Shown piece after piece: positions 1-9,100 of a stretch of 64,000 bases of DNA (the stretch's first letter is position 1; every line of letters begins with the position of its first letter). Both the position numbers and the translations under genes were made by a program. The stretch is taken from NCBI RefSeq assembly GCF_009649845.1, contig NZ_WJIE01000009.1, positions 224,685 through 288,684 of the forward strand. Direction: 5' to 3'. The stretch is from Polyangium spumosum (GTDB lineage Bacteria; Myxococcota_A; Polyangia; Polyangiales; Polyangiaceae). A model generated the notes under the pieces. The model was not told the origin of the DNA. It saw only the letters and a program-made list of their open reading frames with translations, and did no database searches.

Positions 1-198
1 TTCGGGCTTGATCGTGCCGCGGAGCTCATCCACGCATTCGCGGAGGCGCTCCGCGGTGGATTCAGGGATGCGCGGGCGGTCGTCGGGCACGGTAGGCCGG
101 TAAATCGTGGCCGAGGAGCAGCCGAGCGGGAGGAGCGAGAGCGTCAGGCAACCAAGAAGGGCCAGGGAGAGGAGGGGGCGCCAGCGCGGACGTCTCAT
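1..198 (-). CDS. lipoprotein precursor, partial (N-terminal 66 aa; 3' end outside window)
   Basis: Reverse complement from ATG at 198..196 reads MRRPRWRPLLSLALLGCLTLSLLPLGCSSATIYRPTVPDDRPRIPE... This has a basic n-region, a hydrophobic core and a lipobox LPLGC. The ORF runs off the window edge, so it is absent from the ORF track. Confidence 0.5.
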   Translation of the reverse strand, partial: MRRPRWRPLLSLALLGCLTLSLLPLGCSSATIYRPTVPDDRPRIPESTAERLRECVDELRGTIKPE

Positions 199-452
199 TG
201 CTGGATGGAAGCAGAAACACCGAGCGCCTGTCAACGCAGCGTGTGTCGGCCGCCTTCGACGAGGCCCCGCCGCGCCATCGATGACCCCTCATCCGCGAGG
301 AGCGGCGACGCCGCAGACCCGAGTCTTGCTGGACGAGCGCTCGCCATGGTAGACAACGCCTCGACGTGACGCGTTTCTCGGGGGCCGGAGGAAATCGACA
401 CGCGGCGGTCGATTTCCGCGAACCAAATCCTGCGCTCGGCCATGAGGCGCGC

Positions 453-1352
453 ATGGAGCGTGCTGCCAATCTTCCCAAGCTGCTGGACGAACTACTTGCC
501 GTTTGCCCTGAACTCGCTCGTTTCGTAGGCCGGCGGCGACGAGGCCCGAAAGCAGAAGACCGATTCCAGGAGGTCATGGCGCGGGCGTTTGCCCGCCTCC
601 CCTCCTACGTGCCCCATGAGGACGGCATTCGTCCTTGGACGTTCGGCATCGCGAAAAACGTCGAGCGCGAGGCGCTTCGCGCAGAGCGGCACGAGCGGCG
701 CCTGTTCTCCGCGGACACGAACGACGCCGAGCCGGCGGCGGGCCGCGGGCGGACGCCCGAGGAAGACGCCTTTCTCGCCGAAGCCCGAACCAAGCTCACG
801 GAGGCGATGTCCAGCATGCCGGAGCGATACCTCGTGGTGTTCGTGCTCGTCGACCTCATGGACGTGCCGTACGAGGAGGCCGCGAAGCGGCTGCGGATCC
901 CGATCGGCACCGTGAAGTCGAGGCGTTCGGCCGCCATCGACCACCTTCGTTACCACCTCGGGGAACGCGAGGACTGGATTGGCGCGCTGTTCCTGCGGCT
1001 CCGCCGTGCACGAGCAATACGCGGCGCGTACGAGTGGGCGTATCAGGCCGTGCACGTGTGCGGCCCGATCATCTTTGCGATTGCCAGCATGCATGGCCCG
1101 GAGCCGGAGCAGGCTGCCGCGCGGGCCCACTTCGCGGGCGCTGTGCGCGCGCTGGCAGGGCTCGTGACGGACGTGGCGCCCGTCGTGCCCGACGAGGTCA
1201 CACCCGCGTCCGCGCCGTCGCACGAAGAGCCGCGGAGCGCATCACCTCCCCCCGCTCGCCCGCGCACGCGGCACGCACCGGACGCCGCGGACGAAGGCGA
1301 GAGCAAGCCCTCGGAGCGATCGACGACGCGGGGGGGAGGTTGGTCCCTGTAG
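453..1352 (+). CDS. ECF-family RNA polymerase sigma-70 factor with a ~120-aa C-terminal extension
   Basis: Sigma-70 region 2 is present (FQEVMARAFARLPSY...GIRPWTFGIAKN). Region 4 helix-turn-helix is present (YLVVFVLVDLMDVPYEEAAKRLRIPIGTVKSRRSAAIDHLR). ATG at 453 is preferred over the TTG at 366. The C-terminal tail is Pro/Ala-rich. Confidence 0.8.
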   Translation: MERAANLPKLLDELLAVCPELARFVGRRRRGPKAEDRFQEVMARAFARLPSYVPHEDGIRPWTFGIAKNVEREALRAERHERRLFSADTNDAEPAAGRGRTPEEDAFLAEARTKLTEAMSSMPERYLVVFVLVDLMDVPYEEAAKRLRIPIGTVKSRRSAAIDHLRYHLGEREDWIGALFLRLRRARAIRGAYEWAYQAVHVCGPIIFAIASMHGPEPEQAAARAHFAGAVRALAGLVTDVAPVVPDEVTPASAPSHEEPRSASPPPARPRTRHAPDAADEGESKPSERSTTRGGGWSL

Positions 1353-1386
1353 AACCGCTCGCAGGGATGCGCTAGGATCCAGGCGT

Positions 1387-2610
1387 ATGCGTCGCTTTGT
1401 CGCTGTGTTTTTGATGGTCGTCGGCCTCGCTGCACCCGCAATGGCACAGGCCGACGAAGAGGCCGACGAGACGGAGGAGAATGACGAGGAGCAGCGGTTC
1501 CAGGCGTTCGCAGCGCTGGGAGACCGCGAGGCCGCCGCGGGCCGGCGTCGCGCGGCGGTCGCGGCCTACCGGCGAGCCTTGAGCGTCCGCCCGGATCCGC
1601 TCATCGCCGGGCGGCTCGGGGTGCTCCTCGTGAAGCTCGGCAAGCCCGAGCAAGCGGCCGATCATCTGCTCGACGCGATCCAGCTCGCGGTGAAAGCATC
1701 ACCCGCCGAGCGCCAGCGGTTCTTCGACGCGCACGAGGTCGCGCGGAACGCGGGCGCCTGGATCGAGGTACTCCTCTCGCACACGGGCGTACGCGTGACC
1801 CTCGACGGGAAGCCGTCGAACCTCGCCGGCCGCTCCTCTTACTTCACCTTCATGCGCGCCGGGGAGCATGAGCTGCGCGCGAAGCTCGACGGGTACGAGG
1901 AGGCGATCGTCACGTTCACGGTCGAGAAGAGGCAGGACAAGCAGCTCCCGATCACGTTGAAGCCGCTGCCCGTGCCGGACGTGCCCGCGCCCGCGGTGTA
2001 CGAACCGGAGAAGGACCCGCCGAAGGTGGAGCGGGCCGTGGCCGTAGGCGACACGAAGCTCCCGAAGCAGGAGGACCCGTGGGGGTACGAGGAGCCGCGG
2101 CCCGCGGAGAAGTCCGAGGAAAAACGCTGGTCGATTGGAGGTGGGCCGGTCGTCGTGTTTGGCGTGGCGTCGTGGATGCCGGCCGTGGGGTTGGGCGTGG
2201 GCGCGAGTCTGCGGCCGAGCGAGTACGTCTCGCTCGGTCTCGAAGGACGGGCGGCGTGGCTGACCTCGGGCGTGGGCGGCGAGCCGATCAGCGCGATGAC
2301 GGCGGGCGGGATCGTGAGCGCGTGTGGACACTATCGCTGGGCTTTCGGGTGCGCGATCGGGCATTTCGGGGTGATCTCCGTCTCGTTTTCCGGAGATACG
2401 TTCACACCTCGAACCGAGCACTTTGTCAAACCCGGCGTAGGCGGGCGCCTCGGAGCGAGGTTTGTCCTCACGCGTTCCTTCGCTGTACAGGGGGCCGTGG
2501 ACTTGTTAGGTTTGTCTAGCGGCGTGCTGGTCGGCGTCGGGAAGCGTGTTGTCTCGGAGACGCCTCCCCTGATGGTTGCCAGCTCGATCGTCGGATCATG
2601 GGAGTTCTGA
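1387..2610 (+). CDS. secreted PEGA-domain protein
   Basis: Signal peptide MRRFVAVFLMVVGLAAPAMAQA, followed by a TPR-like helical segment. A PEGA-like beta-sandwich motif is present (GYEEAIVTFTVEKRQDKQLPITLKPL). The C-terminus is Gly-rich and hydrophobic. The gene lies immediately downstream of the ECF sigma factor. Confidence 0.55.
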   Translation: MRRFVAVFLMVVGLAAPAMAQADEEADETEENDEEQRFQAFAALGDREAAAGRRRAAVAAYRRALSVRPDPLIAGRLGVLLVKLGKPEQAADHLLDAIQLAVKASPAERQRFFDAHEVARNAGAWIEVLLSHTGVRVTLDGKPSNLAGRSSYFTFMRAGEHELRAKLDGYEEAIVTFTVEKRQDKQLPITLKPLPVPDVPAPAVYEPEKDPPKVERAVAVGDTKLPKQEDPWGYEEPRPAEKSEEKRWSIGGGPVVVFGVASWMPAVGLGVGASLRPSEYVSLGLEGRAAWLTSGVGGEPISAMTAGGIVSACGHYRWAFGCAIGHFGVISVSFSGDTFTPRTEHFVKPGVGGRLGARFVLTRSFAVQGAVDLLGLSSGVLVGVGKRVVSETPPLMVASSIVGSWEF

Positions 2611-2612
2611 TC

Positions 2613-3809
2613 ATGCGAAGTTCGTTTCATCTGTTGTCCATGTTCGTCGTTGGGTTGGCATCCGCATGCAGCGTGCCGCCCGAATCAACGTGGAGCGATT
2701 GTGCTCCGGATGCTCGTCGGCCGTCGAAAGAGTGCCTCGCCGAGCTGGACGCGGGCACCGACGCGAGCGAGACGAGCAGCGACGCGAGCGACGACGCGGC
2801 GGATGGAGAGACGCAAGCCGCCACCTGCCCGGGCCGTTGCGTGCCCGAGCCGAGCAGCGAGTCGGCCGGGGATTGGCCGCGCACGCCGATGCTCCTCTGG
2901 TATGGGCCGCGGGAGCTCGCTCCCGCGAACTGCGACGAGGCGCGCAAGCTGGGCGGTTATGGCGAGGACGTGGAGTTCTTCGAGAAGTACCGCCGCTTCG
3001 CCTTCCTCGACGCGCCACCTGCGGCGTGTGAGTGCACCTGCCCAGACTCCGAAGGCACGTGCACCGGGCTGCCCGAGACGATCGAGGTCCGCGCCGGCAC
3101 GTGCGCGGAGAACGGAGCCCCCGCGCTCCCTTTTGGCGGACCCGTCGGCTGGGACGGCTCGTGCACGAGCACGAACGCCCTGCCGGCGGGGGCTGATTGT
3201 GGCGGTGAGCCTTGCGCGCAGTCCGTCTTCACCTCGCCGCTCCCTGGGCCGACGAGCGAGGCGTGCCCGACGATAACGAAGCCGGCCGCGCTCACCAAGT
3301 CAACGGATTGGCTCTGGATGGGCCTCGCCTGCGAGGCGAAGGAGCGCGAAGGGAGATGCGAGACGGCCACGCGCCGATGTATGTACGACCTGCCGTACCC
3401 GTTTCTCCAGTGCGTCGCGCTCAGGGGGATACACGCCACGTGCCCCGGCAACTACGACCGGTATGACCCCATTTACCTCTACGGCGAGGTGCCGAACGAC
3501 ACGCGCGGCTGCGCGGCGTGCGAGTGCGGCGGTAACCCGGTCGGGAGCGCCTGCGCCGCAAAGATGCGGCTCTACAGCGATGGGGCGTGTGCGTTGGAGG
3601 CCGACAAGAACGGGTTGTCGTCGCTCGTTGATCAGTGCATCAACGTGGCCCCACCCGGGCAAGCGCTCGGGAGCAAGGCCATCACGGACCTCGCCTACGT
3701 GCCCGGCCTCTGCCTCGCGACGGGCGGGGAGCCCACGGGCGCGGCCTCGGAAGACCCCGCCGACGCCGTGACGTTCTGCTGCCTCTCGCCGCTCGAGTTC
3801 GCCGAGTAG
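2613..3809 (+). CDS. cysteine-rich lipoprotein (about 29 Cys)
   Basis: Signal peptide with lipobox GLASAC. Many CxC/CxxC spacings (ACECTCPDSEGTCTG, GCAACECGG) suggest a disulfide-rich extracytoplasmic protein. The start is adjacent to the stop of the PEGA gene. Confidence 0.6.
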   Translation: MRSSFHLLSMFVVGLASACSVPPESTWSDCAPDARRPSKECLAELDAGTDASETSSDASDDAADGETQAATCPGRCVPEPSSESAGDWPRTPMLLWYGPRELAPANCDEARKLGGYGEDVEFFEKYRRFAFLDAPPAACECTCPDSEGTCTGLPETIEVRAGTCAENGAPALPFGGPVGWDGSCTSTNALPAGADCGGEPCAQSVFTSPLPGPTSEACPTITKPAALTKSTDWLWMGLACEAKEREGRCETATRRCMYDLPYPFLQCVALRGIHATCPGNYDRYDPIYLYGEVPNDTRGCAACECGGNPVGSACAAKMRLYSDGACALEADKNGLSSLVDQCINVAPPGQALGSKAITDLAYVPGLCLATGGEPTGAASEDPADAVTFCCLSPLEFAE

Positions 3810-3909
3810 GCGAAGCTCCCATCTTTTTCGGAAAATCAGCGAACAAAATGCAAGCTCCCGACAAGGGCGTGGGCGAGGGGTGCGGCTCGCTGTTGCCCCT
3901 CCTGCCCGA

Positions 3910-3959
3910 GCCGAACGCGGTTCTCCTGGCCTCGTGAACGAAACCGCGCCGCGTTCGGC
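3910..3959. promoter_or_regulatory. 11-bp perfect inverted repeat (gccgaacgcgg ... ccgcgttcggc) with 28-nt spacer in intergenic region
   Basis: Read directly at 3910-3920 and 3949-3959, downstream of the Cys-rich lipoprotein gene. There is no T-tract, so it is not a canonical terminator. Confidence 0.4.
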
Positions 3960-4081
3960 TTCGGGCGGACTCTTCGCTCGACGACCCGTAGAAGAGGGCG
4001 ATGGGGGCGGCGCACGTCTGGGCAAGCACCTCTCGCCTCCATCGTCCTCTTCTGCGGGCCGGTGACTTTCTGGAGGTACGC

Positions 4082-4714
4082 ATGAGCGCCGCACCGAACA
4101 TGGACGACGATGACGTGACGACGACCGTGATGGATCGCGCGGCGTTGCCCCCGGCGAGCGGAACGCGCGTCTCCGTGGCGCATTCCGAGCCGCCCCGGGA
4201 TACGTTCGTGGATCCACCCTCGCCGTGGACCCGTGTCCGAACCGCCGTTGGCGCCGCGTTTCGGCGTGTCCGTGAGGGATTCCGTAGGTCACGCCTCTCC
4301 GATCGTCTGCCGCCACTCCCTCCCCCACGCTCCATCACGGCGACCCGTGTATCCCCGGGAGGCGTCGGCCACGACGAGCGCGGCGAGCAGCTCCTCCTCG
4401 ACATCGTGCGCGCAGCGCGGCCCTATCAGGAGGCCGCGCTCTACGTCGTCAACTACGCCGTCGCTCTCAGGAACCTGGGGGACGACGCGCACGCCGAGGG
4501 GCTCGTGCACTTCGCGCTGGCTCGCATGCGCGCGGATGCCGGGGGGTTCGTAGCCATTGCGCGCCTGCGAGACAGGCTTCCGGAGCTGTCGTCCGCGGGG
4601 GCGCTCGTGCCCGCGCTAGGCCGTCTAGAGGCGGCCGGCATCGTCACACTCACGGCGACGACGGAGAGCGGATCGCCCCGGATCGAGCGCGTACAGCTCC
4701 GGGTCCCCCTTTGA
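4082..4714 (+). CDS. hypothetical protein
   Basis: The ORF has a plausible non-Arg-biased C-terminal half (LLLDIVRAARPYQEAALYVVNYAVALRNLGDDAHAEGLVHFALARMRA), possibly winged-helix-like. The start is uncertain (ATG 4082, or upstream at 4001). Confidence 0.35.
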   Translation: MSAAPNMDDDDVTTTVMDRAALPPASGTRVSVAHSEPPRDTFVDPPSPWTRVRTAVGAAFRRVREGFRRSRLSDRLPPLPPPRSITATRVSPGGVGHDERGEQLLLDIVRAARPYQEAALYVVNYAVALRNLGDDAHAEGLVHFALARMRADAGGFVAIARLRDRLPELSSAGALVPALGRLEAAGIVTLTATTESGSPRIERVQLRVPL

Positions 4715-5694
4715 TCCACCTGCGGCCCGTCGCCGTCCATTCCAGCCAGACGGAAACGACGAAAAAGCAGCCGAATCGTCTTTTTCTGCCGCGCCACGGC
4801 ACCCCATTTGCTGGGGAGCGGGCCGAGGAGGTCTCCGTGTCACCCCACCGCACCCTCACCGCTGCCTGTCTTGCAATCGCGCCGCTCTTTGCAGGTTGTC
4901 TCGGCTCTGACGCCTCCACCGAGGCCCTGGAGATCACCGCGGAGCACGAGGTCGATCTCTCCTTCTCCACCTATTACACCGCCAGGCGCGACGTACGCCG
5001 CTGCGCCTATCCCCAATGTGGCGGCTTCTTCATCTCCGCCGTCAATCAGGAGAAGACGACGTGCGCCGACGGCACCACCGCCGAGGAGTGTTACGTCGCC
5101 GATCTCCAGTTCTCCAGCCTCCTCCGCCTCGCGGGCGTCGAGGGGGTCGTCCGCGAATCCATCGGATTGCAGCGAGAAACGACGCGCGCCGTCCTCTACG
5201 GCGACCTCTTCCCGGGCACGAGCGGCCTCGGCACGCTCTCGTTGCGGTTTGCCTGGGTCGCCCTCGAGACGGCCGAGCTCAAAGGGTCGTTTTATCGCGT
5301 ATTGCACAACGGCGTCGTCTGCGTCGCCGCGCCCTGCCCGAGCTTCGACCAGGAATACCTCAATTCGGGCACCGCGCGGACGTTCCACGAGGTGCACCTC
5401 CGCGAGATCCCCGGCGCCGGTCGGGACGAATTCGACTCCGGCACCGCCCTCTTCTCGTCCCTCGGCATGATCCTGACCGGACAAAACGTCGTGATCGAGG
5501 ACTACGGACCGGCCGGGGACGCCGTCGTCTTCCGGGCGAACCAGGGATTCCTCCCGGTCATCATGCCCTCCATCCGCGGCCTCCGCGCCCCCGCCGAGCC
5601 GCCGGTCTTCGACCGCGGCTTCCGCAGCGGAATCGAGGGCGGCGAGGGCGGCGAGGGCGGGAGCGGGGGCATCCGGAACACGAGCACGCAGTGA
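4711..5694 (+). CDS. hypothetical lipoprotein
   Basis: The internal sequence VSPHRTLTAACLAIAPLFAGC has a lipobox LFAGC, so the likely true start is GTG 4837. The TTG at 4711 overlaps the upstream stop as TTGA. The mature part is Cys-containing (CAYPQCGGFF, CVAAPCPSF) with a Gly/Glu-rich tail. Confidence 0.5.
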   Translation: MIHLRPVAVHSSQTETTKKQPNRLFLPRHGTPFAGERAEEVSVSPHRTLTAACLAIAPLFAGCLGSDASTEALEITAEHEVDLSFSTYYTARRDVRRCAYPQCGGFFISAVNQEKTTCADGTTAEECYVADLQFSSLLRLAGVEGVVRESIGLQRETTRAVLYGDLFPGTSGLGTLSLRFAWVALETAELKGSFYRVLHNGVVCVAAPCPSFDQEYLNSGTARTFHEVHLREIPGAGRDEFDSGTALFSSLGMILTGQNVVIEDYGPAGDAVVFRANQGFLPVIMPSIRGLRAPAEPPVFDRGFRSGIEGGEGGEGGSGGIRNTSTQ

Positions 5695-5755
5695 CGTCCA
5701 CGATGGCCATTGCCCCGCGGCCCACGACGGGGCACCATCCCCGCGGGACGAGGAG

Positions 5756-5977
5756 GTGGCCATGGACATCGAATGGCGGACGGACGTGGACCCCGCCACG
5801 CGGCGCGAGATCGAGGCGCTCGTCGCCTCCCAGCACACGCTCGAAGACGTGGTCCGCTGGGGCCTCTCGCTCGCGCCCCCGCGCCTGATCGCGGACGTGG
5901 TCGTTCAGGACGAATACAACCACGACGTCGTCCTCGAACATCCGGCCGGCGTCTTTCTCGTCTACGACACCACCTGA
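5756..5977 (+). CDS. small hypothetical protein (73 aa)
   Basis: The ORF has balanced, non-Arg-rich composition (MAMDIEWRTDVDPATRREIEALVASQHTLEDVVRWGL...). No motif was recognised. Confidence 0.3.
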   Translation: MAMDIEWRTDVDPATRREIEALVASQHTLEDVVRWGLSLAPPRLIADVVVQDEYNHDVVLEHPAGVFLVYDTT

Positions 5978-6134
5978 CTGGGCGGATTGACGGCGGTCGC
6001 CGTCTGGGACCACAAACCCTCCGCAGCAGAGATGCTCGAAGCGCGCCTCGCGCGTGGCTGGACCCCCACGCCCACCGCCACGCGGGACGGCCCCGTCATC
6101 CTCGGGTATGCCGCGTGCGCCGCGCCTCGTCGCT

Positions 6135-9100
6135 CTACGCCGCCCCGAGCAACGTGAGCACGGCCGTCTCGCCGAACTGCTCCCGCGCCAGCCGGGCGGC
6201 CTCCGCGTTCGACGGCACCTCGCGCAAGAGGCGCGTTTGTCCCTCCGGATCACGCACGTCCGCGCACTGCTCGCCGAGCAGCCCGAGCGCCGCGCGGAGC
6301 TCGTCCTCGAACGCGCCGACCTCGCCCGCGGCCCGCAGCGCCTCCGCCGCCGCGAGGCGCAGGTCCACCTCGATCGCGCCCACGCCGCCCGCCGCGCGCA
6401 CCTCCACGAGCGCCGCGCGCGCGAGCGAGAGCGACTCCGCCCCCCGCCCGAGCCGCGTGAGGGCGCGGATCCGCGTCGCCGTCAGCGACAGGCGCCGGAG
6501 CCGCATCGGATCGACGAGCGCGAGCCCCCTGTCGACCTCCACGAGCGCCCGCGCCGCGTCGCCCTCCACGAGCGCCACCCGCGCCGCGATCCCCCACGCG
6601 AGCGCCACGTCGAACGGGTTGAGCCCCGCCTCCGCCACGAGCGCCTCCGCGAGCGCGCGCGCCTCCTTTTGCGCCTCCGGCGTCGACTGCTCGGCCAGGA
6701 ACAAAGCACGCGAGAGCCGCACCGCGGCCTTCGTGCGCCTGTCATCGAGCTCGATCGCGAGCGCCTCCGCCTCCACGAGCCGCGCGAGGGCCGCCTCGTG
6801 CTCCCCGAGCGCCACGAGCGCCTCGCCCGCGCGCGCCGCGCAGACCACCTGCATCCGCGCGTCCCCCGCGGCCTCGAACGCGCGCATCGCGTCCTCGATC
6901 CGCTCGAGCTGCGCGAGCGGATCGTGCTTCGCGCTCCGACCGTACTCGTACGCCGCGAGCCGCGCCCAGCCGTGCGCGCTCGGATCCACCGCGCCCGTCT
7001 GCTCCAGCGTCTCACGCATCCGCGCGAGCACCCGGCTCGACGCGCCCCGATCGAGCCGCACCGCGAGCAGGCAAAGCAGCCGCCCGAGGCACTCGGCGTA
7101 GGCCCCCAGCGCCTCGAGATCCGGCGAGAGCGCGAGCAGCTCGTCGAGGTGACCCGCGAAGGCCTCCACGCCCGCCCCGAGCCCCGCGAGGGTACAGACG
7201 AGCCCGAGCACCCGGCAAAACCACGTCGAGCCCTCCGGCAGGAGCGGCAGCGCCTCCGTCCCCCTCCGGCGCGCCTCGTCCCAGGCCCCGTTCCAGTACA
7301 GGACGGAGCACGCCATGCCACGCACGAGCCCGAGCTCGGCCCCCTCCGCGCCGAGCTCCTCGGCCTTCGCCGCGTGCAGGCGTGTCCCTTCGAGGTCGTT
7401 CCTTTCGAACGCCTCGCGCGCCGCTCGCACGTGCAGCACCCGCGCGCGCGCCGCGTCGCCGCCGCGTCGCCAGTGGTCGGCGAGGCTCTGCGCGTCGCTC
7501 TCGCCCGCGGCCTCCAGGAACAGCGCCGCGCGCGCGTGCCCCAGCGCGAGCTCCTCCTCGCCGAGCAGCCCGTACGCCGCCTCCCGCACGAGCACGTGCC
7601 GGAAGACGTACTCCACGTCCCCCGCGAGCCTGCTCGTCCGTTGCTTCTCCAGAAGCTCCGCCCGCGTCAGCGCCGCGAGCGCCTGATCCACCGACGCCTC
7701 GTGCCCCTGCCGATCCATCAGCGCCACGACGCCGCCGCGCCAGAAGCGCGCGCCGAAGAGGCTCGCCGCCACGAGCGCCCGGCGCGCCTCCGGCCCGAGC
7801 CTGCCGAGCCGCGCTTGCAGCATCACCAGGAGCGTCGCCGGCGGCGCGCCCTCCTCGCCGCCCGTCGCCCGCGCCGCCCGCGCGAGCTCCTCCAGGAACA
7901 GCGGGTTTCCCGCGGCGCGCTCCACGATCCGCTCCACCACCACGTCGCTCGCGCCCTGCCCGAGCGCCGCCCGCGCGAGCTCCTCGGCGTCGCGGCGCAC
8001 GAGCGGCGACAGCACCATCCGCTCCGCCCGATCGCCCCAGAGCCGCGGGTAGACGTCCTCGAGGTCCGGCCGCGCCAGCGCGAGCACGAAGAGCGGCTGG
8101 TCCGACAGCTCCACGAGCGCGCGCTCCACGAGCCGCACGCTCGGCGCGTCGCCGTGGTGCACGTCCTCCAGCGCCAGCACCACCGGCCGCTCCGCGCATA
8201 CGCCGCGCAGGTCGTCGAGCAACACGCGCTCGAGCTGCGCGCGTGTCGCCGCGCGCCCCTCGCTCGTCGTGAGCTCGGCGAGCCCGCGCCCCCGGAGCGC
8301 GTCCGCCAGCATCGTGTAGGCCGGCGCTCCCAGCGGATCGCTGTGACCCACGAGGAAAAGCACGCCGTCCTCGCGCGCCTCGAGCCTCGCGCGGAGCTCC
8401 TGCAAGAGCCGCGACTTGCCCATGCCCGGCGGCGCCACCACCACGACCGCCCGCGCGAGGGGCTCCTCCCGCGTCGCCTCGAACGCGCGCAGCAAGAGGT
8501 CGAGCTCGCGCTTTCGCCCGACGAACGGCAGGGTTTCTCCGGGCCGGACTGCCCGCGTGAGCTCCTCGCCGGCGAGCAGGATCCGCCCGCCCTCGCGCGC
8601 CGTCGGGAACCGCCCTCCGACGAGCCCCGCCGTCACGGCGTCGACGATCACCACCCCACGCGGCGTGTCCTCCGCCGCGAGGGCCTCCGCCGCTTGATCC
8701 ACGGCGCGCCCGATCGGCTGCTCCCCCGAGACGAACGCGGGCCCCGTCGCGAGCGCGATCGTCGCCCCTGGGGCGGCGGCCCGGATCACGAGCGCCGCGC
8801 GCGTGGCCGCCGTCGCTTGGTCCGTCGCGTCCCCGCCGAAACGCGCGAACGCCGCGACGAGGGTCCCGTCGGGCCTCTGGCCGCGCGAAAACGCCCCGTT
8901 TCGCGCGAGGATCGCCCCGATCTCCTCGGCGCCCGCGCCCTCCGGGAGCGAGAGCACGAGCACGCTCGAGAGCTCCTGCACGTCCCGCGCGAGGGTCGGG
9001 TAAAACGCCCCCTTGTGCGCCTCCAGATCGAGGTGCTCGGCGAGCCCTTCGAGGAGCGAGGCCGCGCTCGCCGGCCGCTCGGCCGGGTCTTTCCGCAGCA

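Noticed and set aside
107-577. Small ORFs at the window start (107..352 plus, 62..577 minus, 231..443 minus)
   Set aside because: Arg/Ser-rich. The only coherent reading there is the partial minus-strand lipoprotein (1..198), whose stop lies outside the window.
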